In this document: positions 21,452 through 33,695 of the stretch, piece by piece
Layout: the number at the start of each line of letters is the position of its first letter
How positions within the stretch are numbered: position 1 is the first letter of the stretch
From: Azolla caroliniana
Lineage: Eukaryota; Plantae; Polypodiophyta
NCBI GenBank assembly: GCA_043228905.1
Contig: JBHGNT010000009.1
Span: 14,136,001 to 14,200,000 of the forward strand
Reading direction: 5' to 3'
Length of the DNA: 64,000 bases
The notes under the pieces: generated by a model
Told to the model about the DNA's origin: nothing
Seen by the model: the letters and a program-made list of their open reading frames with translations, nothing else
The model's database searches: none
Made by a program: the position numbers and the translations under genes

Positions 21452-24400
21452 ATGTCTTCCAAGAGAATCGAGCGCGAGGACTCCAGGTAGGCCTCTGGCA
21501 CTGTGGACATTTTTGTAAATATGTTTCGTTTCTCAAGAACTCGATACGGCGTATCGAGTTCATGTATAGAATACAAATATTTATACACGAACTCGATACG
21601 CCGTATCGAGTTCGTGATTAAAGTGTAGGTTTTAAACACGAACTCGATACGCCGTATCGAGTTCGTGTTTAAAGTGTAGGTTTTAAACACGAACTCGATA
21701 CGCCGTATCGAGTTCGTGTATAAAGTGTAGGTTTTAAACACGAACTCGATACGCCGTATCGAGTTCGTGTTTAAAGTGTAGGTTTTAAACAGGAACTCGA
21801 TACGCCGTATCGAGTTCGTGTTTAAAGTGTAGGTTTTAAACAGGAACTCGATACGCCGTATCGAGTTCCTGTTTAAAGTGTAGGTTTTAAACATGAACTC
21901 GATACGCCGTATCGAGTTCTTGTTTAAAACCTACACTATAAATAGGAACTCGATACGGTGTATCGAGTTCCTTTTTAAAATTCAAACTTTAAACACGAAC
22001 TCGATACGGTGTAATGAGTTCGTGTTTAAAGTGTAGGTTTTAAACACGAACTCGATACGGCGTATCGAGTCCCTGTATATAAGAAGGCTTTGAGAGAGAA
22101 AAATCGTTTATGGGGTGGAAATGATATCAAATTGTCTGGCAAAATCAGTCTTTTTTATGTTGACTTTACTTACTTTTAAAGAAATACATGCTCTAATTAT
22201 AGGGGTTTTATGACCTACTTTAGCTTAAAATAGTAGAAAATGATCTACAAATTGCCTTTACTATGGCAAATTCTCCTCAATATAGGTTTAGAATCTATAT
22301 AAGTCATACCTACTATTTAAAAGAATATATAACCCGTTTTACTTATTACGATATATATTTTCTAGGTTGAATAGCCCTGCCTATAATAGATTTTTGAATA
22401 TGTTACTGCTCCTGGAAACTGTTCTTCATTATAATATACAACTTCAATCTACGTGACTGTCTAACTTATGTTTTTGCATATACTTTCTTAAATAGGTCGT
22501 TTGAGAACCTGTCGGACCGACCCGTGAAGAAAATTAAGCTTCGCATACAAGGTTCTCCAATCGAAGCCTAGACCAAGGTAGCTCCTGAGACCATGAAGAG
22601 AGGAAAAAAGCTTCTCTTTAACGAAGAGACAAAATCTCAGCCACATAGTGATGTTAGCCAAAAGAAACTTGTCGCCGCTACTGGAGGCGAAGACCTTCCT
22701 GACCGAGATCTAACGGACAAGGAATGGTGTATGCAATATGTCGACTCAAAGAAAAAAGTCGTATTGTATACAGCAAAGAAGAAGGGTGAGGGGCAGCTTG
22801 GAAAAGAAACCCCATTTATGTATGGCCGAATTCTACGATTTGACTACGAAGATGCAGATTCGGCCAACATACTGGTAATGATAGAGTGCTCCAAGGGGGT
22901 ACGTAAAGTGTTCCTTTCAGAAGACCTTTTAGTAAAGGAATCTTGTGGGCCTGAAGTGTTCAAAAAAGCACTTGATAACTCACAAAACCTGATTGTTACC
23001 TTGAGGCCTTATATACAAGGCCATGTAACTCTAAGAGATGAAGAGCCCGCCCCCTTGAAGGCCACAAAAAAGGTATCCAAAGTCCAGTCAAGACCAGCCA
23101 AGAAGAAGACAACGAAAATGTCGGATACGGATTCAACAAGTGAAAATGAAGAAGAGGATAATAAGGGGACGCCAGGAGCCGAGCTAGCCTCGGGTGTTTT
23201 GTCATCCGAGCAGAATAAAATAAGGAGAGAGTTAATGCAACGGAAGCTGGTCAGGAAAGGGCAAGTATTTAATTTGCCTATAACACACATCCATTGGCCC
23301 CCTATTGATGAAAAAGCAGGTCGAAGACCACTTGAGATTAGAGAGCCTCACCGCATGCATGTTCAAAATCTCAAGAAAAAAATGAAAATTAATCCTCATG
23401 CCACTGTGGTGCCTTTTATTGTTATGGTAGATCCTGAAGAATGTGAAACCATTGAAGATTTTGATATTAGAAAGCATGATCAATATAATTATTTTGTCAT
23501 TGGTGGATCGCATTCAGCAGAGGCATGTCGGCAACTTGTGAGAGAACATCCAACCACTTTCTTCTTCAAGTATGCCGAGTGCAAAATTTATGTTGGGCTC
23601 ACAACCGAAGAGGCTAAGCTATTGGCATGGGACCATAATAATGATAATGACTATAGGCAGAAAATGTCGTCTATTGAGCGTATACGGTTCTTCCACCACG
23701 AGTATTTAGATGTGAAACAAAAGTTTGGTGTGAAGTTACATCCAGGCCTTCGACGTCAATGTCTGCATGAAGTCGGCATTGTGGTAGATGATAATGTTAG
23801 GTCCGATGGTCTTCGAAAGTATGAGTCTTGGTTTCAATTGGTGTTTAGAGATGGAGAAGTATGGGACCTCCAAGATCAAATCTTCTCAATGTGGGAGAAT
23901 AAGGAGGTAAAGGGTCAACGACAAAAGAAATGTAGGGTTGACCCTCAACTAGAATTAAAGTCACAAGCCGCCAAGAAAATTGACTTGACAATTGAAGAAG
24001 CGGCAGACGACATGAAGCTGTCTCTATGGAGAGCGATGCAAGGTATTAAGGACGAGCAGCTTCTTGTGTCGGTTTTGTCAAGGGTTGTGGCGAAAGATTT
24101 AAGCCTTGAAGAAATGGTCACTGAGTTCAATAAGTAAGTCTTTCAAATACTGAAATTGTAGTCTATCTGGTGTAATTCAAAGTTCTAATCTTGATTTCTA
24201 ATTTTACAGTCATAAGGTGTACATGAAGATCCAAGAAGTTATGATGAAACAACTTGGATGTATAACTTGGGAACAAGTGACCGAGGATTATCCTCTAACG
24301 TCTTCGTATAAGGCGTTATCAGAGTATTTTATTGCATTCAAGGATTGGGTTAGTATTCATGTTTTTTCATTACCCTTTCATCATATGTAGAGCTTGTATA

Positions 24401-25721
24401 ATAATACCTGATGTCCTATTGCTTCTATTAGAAACCGTGTCGAGGCAAGAAACAAGGAGAAGTTAAGGATATACACGATTTCCCTACATCCTTCCTTGCA
24501 CATCTCGAGCGAGCCAGAAAAGAAAAGGATCGTCGCTTAGTCAAGGCGTACGAAATGGAGGAAGATGGCTCGTTTAAAAAATTTAGCCACAAAAAAGATA
24601 TTACGAGAGATCTTTACTACAATGTGGTTTGCGGTGATGTCATCGACTTGATCCAGAAGGTGCCAAAGAAGGAATATACGCTAATGATTGCGGATATTCC
24701 TTACGGATTTCGAATGGCTGGGTCATCATACGACGATGAACCGTTTAGGTTTAAACAATTGGAGAAGATGGTCAAGGATTTCGCTGAGCTAACGACCGCA
24801 TCCTTGTGGCGAATAGTTGTCTTTCATAGTATGGACCAAGGGTACTCGGTAGCTCAAGCTTTGAGATCTCGTTGCCATGGCATCGAGAACCTTGCATGGT
24901 AAGGATTATTTGTAGGTGTCTTTCATTATATTGCAATTCTTAAGGTTGTTGAATCTATTCTTAACTCGATGAATTATTTTTTATAGGATCAAGACCAATG
25001 TAAATAGAGGGCCAACTTTTCGGTTCGTTAATGCCATTGAATACATAACGGTTGGCTACTTCGATGAAATTAAAAAACAGAGAATCAAAGAGCATTCTAA
25101 TGAAGTGGGAGGTTCAAATCTGTTGGTATATCCAGCAGTGACTCGGAAATTGCGACATGTCACCACGACAGAACGGGGACTTGTCAACCCATACCAAAAA
25201 CCTCAACGACTTATGATGCGCTTGATCGAGATGTTTTCTGTCGAAGGAGACTGGATATTAGATCTCTTTTCTGGCACAGGTATTCCTCGAACTAGGGTAA
25301 CGATCTTGAGATAACCAAACACTTTTTTTTCGTTTGACAACTAAATCTTCTTGTTACTTACATCATAGGAACTACGTCAGCATGTGCATTGAAGCTGTTT
25401 AGAAATACAGTTGCATTGGAGAAGGACGAGGACCAAGTTATATTTATTAATATGCGGATTAAGGCTTTGTGGGAGTGCCCAGACCAGGATGAGGAGGTCG
25501 GTGCAAAGAACCTCGCCAATACAGAAAGGTTTCAACCTGCTTCGCGAGAGCCTATTCCTCCGTTAGCCGGCGAACCGGGGGAGCTAATAGAGCTTGATGA
25601 TGAGCTTATAGAAGATATTTCGTTGGCTCGGCTAACAGGGGAAACCAATGCACGTATAGCCGAAGACAGTTCTACACAAGATGATGAAGAAAATGACGTT
25701 GATGAATTGATTGCTATGTAA
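21452..25721 (+). CDS. ParB/Srx-like domain + beta-class N6-adenine/N4-cytosine DNA methyltransferase, ~974 aa; exons 21452-21486, 22496-24133, 24210-24348, 24432-24898, 24987-25279, 25369-25721; one premature TAG at 22569-22571
   Basis: Five frame-consistent GT-AG introns; total 2925 nt, divisible by 3. Motif IV IADIPYG precedes W.K.N...E.I, NPYQKPQRLMMRLIEMFS and motif I EGDWILDLFSGTGTTSACALKLFRNTVALEKD. ParB-like segment IRE...VQNLKKKM...PFIVMV...YFVIGGSHSAEA. Confidence 0.88.
21537..22072. repeat. Array of 11 palindromic 51-bp units in intron 1 of the MTase gene
   Basis: Consensus TTTAAACACGAACTCGATACG-C-CGTATCGAGTTCGTGTTTAAA + GTGTAGGT. Cores at ~21537, 21589, 21640, 21691, 21742, 21793, 21844, 21895, 21946, 21997 and 22048. 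Confidence 0.97.
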
Positions 25722-28700
25722 TAGACTCTATAAAGAATATGACACTGACGATTTGTTAAGATTTCACATTATTAATACAAATTTTGGGTTTTACCTAGTG
25801 GATTCTATTCTTTATAATCATTTATATGTTTCAATTTTATTTTTATATACTTGATTAGTAGATTTATGATATTGGTTTCACCGCGTGCATAGCTGACTAC
25901 CAAACTTATGGAGAAACATGAACTAGCTTAAATGGAGGCTGATTTTGGTCCAAGCTAACCTTAACAGAACATGGCCCTATAATTGTTGCCATGACTGTCC
26001 ATGTTGTTATTATGGATCTTTGTCTTATATTGTTAAAACTATTATGTTTCTATTCCATTGCTGCTTAGATTGTGTAGTGTGTTGATAATGGTTCCAGTTG
26101 CGTTATCGTTCGGACTTTGATCTTGTGTGAATCACCTAAGCAATAGAGTAGATCAATTTTAAATGCAGGTATGAATGCCTAATAGGTTTGTTATTTCCAC
26201 GACATTATCCTAAAGTTCACTGCCTTACATTGTGCACAATTATATACACATATGGTTTGATCCCATATGAACAAACTGAGGAATAGATTAGATCAACTTT
26301 TAATATAAGTATTGAATACTTTAATAAGTTAGTTATTCCAATCACTTATCCTAATGTGCACTATCCTACATTTTCCACAATTACATACATGCATGTATGG
26401 GTCAAAGTATAAATTATATCTCATTTTATTAGTATGGATACAAGTACACCTCATATTTTTGTAAAACCTACCTAATTAATATAAGTCTTTAAGTTAGTGT
26501 TTCCCTTGTCGCACAATAGTGCCATATTGAGCCATAGTTGAACTTTATTATGCCTACATTAACTTATCAACATGTCTAAACTTGCATGATTTCTAATGAT
26601 CTCCACTCGTAGATTTATCATGTATTTTTATATTTGCAAATTCTTATCAAGTTGAGGAACATGTGATACTAGTGCATCCAATTATTGTAGAGAGGGTGTA
26701 TTTGCTTCGTTTTAAGAAGATTCTACAAGTGGAATGCGCAATCCTTCCACTTGTGAACGCGAACGTGTTTCTATACATACATCGTGTTCAGTGAGCACCT
26801 TTTATACAAGCCCCGACAATCGGGTTGACACAAGTACTGACAGTACTTTACTGCTCATAAATGAGCCTCGACACTCACTCCCAAAACTATTCCTTACGAG
26901 GAATATCTTTCAATCGGCCTCGTGGTTTACGCACCGCTATGACCATGTTATGCGTACCGATTTTACGCACCCAGTCTACGCATTGGTTACGCATCGTATT
27001 ACGCACAAATGTTGAGCTTGTCTCTCAACACTCCCCCTCAAGCTCAACTTGAGGTTCCGCCTGCTCCGCCGGATCTACGCTCCGGCTTCTCCTAGCTCCA
27101 CACCTTGCTCGCGCTCCTCGACTTGTTCAACTCCACGCGCTTCGACCCTTCCGGTCGGCTTGTCTGCTCCCATGGCCCTTCACAACTCCCTTGATGTCGC
27201 AGTGTTGGCGCTTCTCCTGTTGCCTTCTTCTCCGCTTGGTCCTTGGTTGATTTAGTGCATCCGAATCAAACATCCGAACCAACTTGGCTACCTTCAATCG
27301 GTTTTCGCTCTCGTCTGAGTTGGCTGTCTCCAACTTGTCTTCGGTCTTCTTGGCCTTGACGGCGTCATCTCCCCCATGCTTGGTTGACTTCGGCTCTTCC
27401 TTTCGGCTGCTCCCTTATGTCCGCTTCGGGATTTTTCCGCAGATCCACCCTCGGCTTCTTCAGCCGATCTGAAGTCAAATTCGTCATTTGACTTGGCATC
27501 GCGGTCTTCTCCGCTCCTTTCCTGCTTCCTTCCATGGTCATTTGGGAGATCTCTCCCCCTCAAGTTTGGCACGTCGAGGTGACACAACCCAAGTGCACCC
27601 GAGAATTGCCGCAACTTGTCCAGACCAAGGGGCTTGGTGAAGATGTCAGCAGTTTGCCGATCCGTTGGAACATACTGAAGTTCGACTTCACCAGAAAGGA
27701 CACGCTCACAGATAAAATGGTAGTGCACCTCAATGTGCTTGGTTCATGCGTGGAAAACGGGGTTCTTTGCAAGCTGGATGCTGCTGAGGTTGTCGCAGTA
27801 GATCGTCGTAGGATCGGGCACCTCCTCTTGCAGATCCTTAAGTAGCTGCTTCAACCATACGGCTTCGCATGTCGCGACAACCGCTCCTCTATACTCAGCT
27901 TCGGTGCTCGACAGTGCAACTGTCGGCTGCTTCTTACTGCTCCATGCTATCGCGGCACTCCCAAGAGAGAACGTGTATCCGGACGTGGATCGGCGATTGG
28001 CGACATTGCTAGCCCAATCAACATCAGTGTAGCTGACCAACTCCGAGGTTGTACTGGTCCGATATAGCAGTCCCCGGTCCTTAGTGCCGCTTACGTATTG
28101 TAGTACGCGTTGCGCACACTGAAGGTGCTCCTCAGCAGGCCGTGCCATGAACTGATTGATCACCCCGACCGGGTAGCTGAGATCTGGTTGGGTGATGGTC
28201 AAGTATATAAGGTTGTCGACTATCTGTCGGGACCTCGTCGTGTCGCATACCTTTCCGGACTCGGGGCAAAGCTTGACGGTTCTATCCAGAGGAGTCGAGA
28301 CGGACTTACAGTTTGCCATCCCGAATTTGAAGAGCATATTCAACACGTAATGGCGTTGGCTGATCAATATGCCTTCGGAGGTACGGATCACTTCGATCCA
28401 GAGGAAGTAATGAAGGTCTCCCAGATCCTTCATGTCGAATGATGCCGCAAGCTGGAGCTTCACGCGGTTGATTTCACTTAGGTCGGCGCCGGTGATGACC
28501 AAGTCATCAACATAAAGTAGAATACTAACCAGCTCGAGTCGACCTTTCCGGATGAACAGTGAGGAGTCCGATTTCGACGTCGCAAAGCCCATCCAATGCA
28601 GTTGTCGCGTGATCTTCGCGTTCCAAGCACGCGGGGCTTGCTTTAGTCCGTAAAGGGACTTCTTCAATCGGCACACTGCCGACGTGTTTGTTCCAGAGTG

Positions 28701-31700
28701 AAATCCGGGGGGTTGTACCATGTACACCGCTTCCCTCAGAGTTGGACTCGTGTCGGTCTGACTTGTTCCTATCCATGCCGGAATCCGACACCTTCTTCTT
28801 CCCTTTCTCTTTGCGCGTAAGCTGTCTCCTTGGCTTCCTGCGCAGAGAATGCACGACCGAGTCTCCACTACTCGCCGGCTCTTCATCGGACTGGTCGAAC
28901 CAACTCAGTCGTCCATTCGATCTGCTTAACTGAAACGAAATCAGACTCTCTTCACAGGTCCCGATTTCAGGCTCATCTGGAGGCATCTCGGCCTCGCTGA
29001 CCTCATCATCAGAACTCGGATTGGAGGTGAGGTCTGGAGTCGGAGGCAAGTACCAGGACGCGGACTCGTCAAACACAACGTTGCGGCTTCCTTCCGAAAT
29101 ATAGTTCGTGCGCCGACACTTTTTCTCCGATCCGATTCTAGATGTATACTGCGGTTCGTACCGCCTCGACCCAGTAGAACTTGGGCAAGATCTTTTCTTC
29201 AATCATTGCCCACGCCGATTCCACAATCGAACGATTCTTCCTCTCGGCCACGCCGTTTTGCTCCGGCGTGTATCTACAACTGAATTTGCGCCGAATTCCC
29301 ATCTATTGTAGATAACCGTTAAATTGACCGGAAAAGTATTCTTTTCCGCCATCCGACCGTAGGCACTTGATCTTCCTTCCTGTTTTCGTTTCCACAAACC
29401 TTTTGAGGTCCCGAAAACAGTCGAAGACTTCGCTCTTCCTCTCAATGAGGTAGATCCACGTGTGCCGCGTGTAGTCGTCGATGAAGGAGACGAAATATCG
29501 GCTCCCGCCAAGACTAACGTTTTGTGCCGGCCCCCACACATCGGAGTGTATCAAGTCGAGCTTGTTCCGGCTCCAGTTACGCTCGTTGGGGAAAGGAAGT
29601 TGGTGTTGCTTCCCTAGCTGGCAAGCTTCACAAATTTGCGCCTTCCGGCCACTAAATTTGGGCAATCCGAACACCACTTGTTTCGATTGCAGGTCTTGAA
29701 GCCGTTGGTAGTTGACGTGGCCTATCCGATTGTGCCTAAGTCGATGTCCGACTCGACTTTTTGTCCCTTCGCGAACATTGCGGTGTCACCGTCAGTAGAG
29801 TCGAGGATGAACATCCTCCCATCTCTGCGCCCTTGCGCAATAATACGGCCTTCTTCCTCAATGAAGCACCCGAGGTGTGTAAACCGGACCTGCATCCCTT
29901 GGTCGATGATCTGTCCGACCGACACCAAGTTCTTCGTGATTGTCGGAACGTGTAGCACGTTCATGAGTTTCCCTTTCTGCCCGACATGGCTCAGGGGAAC
30001 TTCTTTGACATTCGCGATCGGATGCGGAGTGTCGTCTCCGGTTGTGACTACTCTTGGTTGCGTCGGTTTCTCAAGGTATAAGAACCACTCCTTGTGGCAC
30101 GTCATGTGGTTTGACGCGCCGGAGTCGACGTACTACACCTCGTCTGATTTCGGGGCGGACTTGTTCATTGAGTTTGCTTCATGTGACCCTTTTCCGGCTT
30201 TTCCGGATCTTTCGGCATAGTGCGATCACTGCTGGTTTCCTTTGTCGGTATGTCCGGAACCAGATCCAGAACCGGTTCTCTCTGACTCAGCGTGCTTTTT
30301 CCAGCACTTGCTCTCCCTGTGGCCTTTCTTGCCACAGTACCAGCATTCTGCGGCGGATTTCCCTTGCCGGTTCTCGTTGCCTCGACTCCCCCTGTTTTTG
30401 GAGGGTCCAGAATTGCTGTCAACATCACTTCGGTGCCTTCTTCCTTGATCCCGTCGGCCGCCTCCATTGCGTGCCGACTCCCCTCGTCCGCCACGACCAC
30501 AGGTCCTCTCTCCCTCAATGTACAACATCTTGTTGTCGACATGTGTGCTTGTCGACGTACCCGCGTGATTCTCCTCTCTAAGGAGCATCGACTATAAGTC
30601 GAAAAACGACGATGTATTCTCCCTGGTACACACAGCAGTTCGGAACGCTCCAAACTTTGACGCCAAACCCCCAAGATAGACCTGGACCATCTCGCTTTCC
30701 TCGATGTTCACATCGATGGAAGCTAAGGAGTCACATATGTCCTTCATCTTTGAGGTATAGTCGGCCACCGACAAATCGCGTTGTCGTAGGTTGCTCAACT
30801 CTTGTCAAAGCTGAAGCTTCCTGGATGTGGTGCTCGCGGCGAAGATCTTCTTCAGATTTTCCCACACACCTTTCGGCGTTTTTGCATCCCGAACGTAGCT
30901 TAACAGTTGTTCGCCCACACAAGACGCGAAACAGTACAGGACTCTGCTCGCCGATTGCTCCCACGCCGGGAAGTCTTTGTGTGTTGAATCGGGTGTTGTG
31001 TCATTTGCTCCATTGACATAGCTTTAGTAACCGTGTCCGAGTAGGTACTGGTGCATCTTGTACGACCAAGATGTGTAGTTGGTTTTGTCGAGCTTCTCTG
31101 TTGGAAGCGAGCTAGCCATTCCTCTGTCCATCGGTTTTCTTGTTCTTCTTCGTTGGTTTTTCCTTCAGGCAAAGTCGGCTGCAGAGGTTCTCAACCCTCG
31201 CGCTCTGATACCATGAAAAGAATGGCGTGTAGAAGCATTATAGGAAACCGAATAACAGAAAACGTAGGTTTAATGGAAAGCTTAGGTTTGCATAGTACGC
31301 ACGGGAGAGACAGAGAGATAGAGTAAACACAAGAACTTAATTCAAAAATAATTCTCAATCTATACATACATCGTGCTCAGTGAGCACCTTTTATACAAGC
31401 CCTGACAATCGGGTTGACACAAGTATTGACAGTACTTTACTGCTCATAAATGAGCCTCGACACTCACTCCCAAAACTATTCCTTACGAGGAATATCTTTC
31501 AATCGGCCTCGTGGTTTACGCACCGCTACGACCATGTTATGCGTACCGATTTTACGCACCCAGTCTACGCACTGGTTACGCATCGTATTACGCACAAATG
31601 TTGAGCTTGTCTCTCAACAATGGAGTTCCTCCAATTGGCCCATTTCCTTATTCAAGCGGGTTTTGCCATCTTTTACCCCGTTCCATATTTGTGACTCCTT

Positions 31701-33500
31701 TTCATGGAGTTCCTCCAATCGGCCCATTTCCTTATTCAAGTGACTTGCCGTTCGTTTTCGAGCTATTTGTCTTACCACACCTGCTTCTTTTGTCCCACCT
31801 CGTGAAGCGATGTGACGATCTTATCTTTGTGGGTTACATCCTCCTTTTGTTTGTTGAGTTCGACGATCATTTATTTGTGCGCGACGAATTCGGCATCCAG
31901 TTTTTCTTGAATTGCTTTTACGACCTTGCGCCCTTTAGCCTAAATATCAGCCTCTCTGTCTGAGGATTGCCGGAGTTCGGACTGGAGCCGTTCGATTTCC
32001 ATCTCGGCCCGCTCTGTGATGCGTTTTGCTTTGTCCGTGATTGCCTATTGCGCCTCGACTTCCTCCCGTAGCATCTGTATCTCTGGTGTAAGGGAGGTTA
32101 GGGTAGGAGCCGCCTCCATTCGTGCTTGTGTGTTGCTCTCCAGCTCTACGATCCTCTGTTGCGCCTTTTCCAGCTGTTGCTATGTTACCTTAATAGTGTT
32201 CCATTGATTTTTGTTCCTTGCTGTCATATCCATGGCACCAATGGTAACCGCAGCAAGCTTCCTATGTACTTTGAGTAAGGCCATATTTAGTGGGGGTAGC
32301 TCGATGCCTACCCGGCAAACGCCGAAGTTTCTCTTTCGTTCAACCCTAGCCAACGGGCCTTCGCCGTTGCTTTCAACTATTGGAGTCAGCGCGCGTTCGA
32401 TCATTTGGCATTCAGCGTGCTCTTCTGCCATGCGTTGGGACACCTTGATCTGATGTGTAGCCATTGGGATACCTTAATCTGATGTGTAGCCAGGAGCTCC
32501 ATGAGTTCAAAGGTGGTGCCAAATTGCAAGAGGGTCCCGAATTCATGTGTCGTGTCCGAAATGTCTGGGTAGCTCAACACTTCTGCTTCAGATGTTAATA
32601 CGCCCTTACCTCGTTCTGATTGTCCTGTCAAGATTGACCGTGGGTGTGGAATCACTTCCAATGTCGTCACAGTCCCGGTTGTTTTGGAGGTCTCGGTTTC
32701 TGGAGCCGTGTCCTTGACAAGTCCGCGACCATCCTTACGGTCTAGTCTGCGGTGTTTGGCCTTTGGGCTACTTGGGACATGGTCTTGCTCAACCCGTGTA
32801 ACTACATCAGGTCGCGTTTCGACTCACGAGGTAGGGTTAGGTTGTTGTTCGACCTCTGAGGTTATGGGTTCTGTAACCCAAGTCTGCGACCATCCTTACG
32901 GTCTAGTATGCGGCGTTTGGCCTTTGGGCTACTTGGGGCCTGGTCCTACTCGACCCGTGCAACTACATCAAGTCGCGTTTCGACTCGTGGGGCAGGGTTA
33001 GCTTGTTGTTCGACCTCTGAGGTTACGGGTTCCGTAACCTGTGTATTTTCATCATCCTCCCACTCAGTTGTAGCGAGTTCGGTGAGCTTCCGTTTCGTTG
33101 GTTGTGGCGTGGTTGCATGGTGGGTCTTTTCCTGAGCGGTGAGGGCATGGGGAGGGAACAATATCATCAAATACTGTTGAATGATGGGGTGGGGTTTCTT
33201 CTCGGCTTGGAATGCGTGATGGCCTTCTCTGACGGGAACTACAACGCTCCTTATACACACCGCTCGGCCGCAACCGAGCTTAGAATCATACACAGAAAAC
33301 AGGAAATAAAACGCACGACACAAACAAGAGAAGAGTACACAGGATGTTTACGTGGAAAACCCAAACTAGGGAAAAAACCACGGCAGCCCACAGGCTGCAA
33401 ACTATCACTATGCTAGAATGTACAACAGTGAGTTCACGGAGGCAACGACCTCGTGCTCACGATCTTCGCCACAGGCGGCGGTTACAACAGAGGCAACGAC

Positions 33501-33539
<39 letters not shown>

Positions 33540-33695
33540 CACAGTTACACGCTCTCTCTTTTCTTGCACCAACAAGAAAATGACAACAACAGTAACTATA
33601 AGTTTGCCATAAGTCATATTTATACAAATATGACTTTTCAGCTATTTACAAATATAACCACGATGGACTCTCAGAAACATATTTACGAATATGTC

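Larger units (their letters stand above)
17490..26769. mobile_element. Cut-and-paste DNA transposon (Sola1/DUF7869-like DDD transposase) carrying a ParB-like + amino-DNA-methyltransferase gene
   Basis: 36-bp TIRs with 1 mismatch (AACACGTTCGCGTTCACAAGTGGAAGGATCGCGCAT; 17490-17525 and 26734-26769). 5-bp TSD TCTAT at 17485-17489 and 26770-26774. Empty site CAATCTATACATAC is present in the sister LTR at ~31356. Confidence 0.95.
17340..31619 (-). mobile_element. Full-length decayed Ty1/copia element with 406-bp LTRs; 3' LTR interrupted by the 9.3 kb DNA transposon
   Basis: 5' LTR 31214-31619, PBS 31202-31213, gag (CWYCGKKGHRESKC), integrase (HSDVWGP), RT (LYVDDL), RNase H, PPT at 27031-27040, 3' LTR 17340-17489 + 26775-27030, TSD ATGGA at 17335-17339 and 31620-31624. 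Confidence 0.95.

Noticed and set aside
21397-21894. 165-aa repetitive ORF (FKTYTLNTNSIRRIEF)n
   Set aside because: By-product of the 51-bp (3n) repeat, antisense to the MTase intron; no coding evidence.
21537-22072. CRISPR array
   Set aside because: Spacers are 8 bp and nearly identical rather than unique, there are no cas genes, and the array lies in a spliceosomal intron.
17490-26769. Bacterial contamination or prophage explaining the ParB-MTase
   Set aside because: The gene has five GT-AG introns and a TATA box, and the element sits with a TSD inside a plant copia LTR.
17490-26769. Helitron, CACTA, hAT or Mutator assignment
   Set aside because: No Rep/helicase, no CACTA termini or 3-bp TSD, no 8-9 bp TSD; the catalytic motifs fit a Sola1-like DDD enzyme better.
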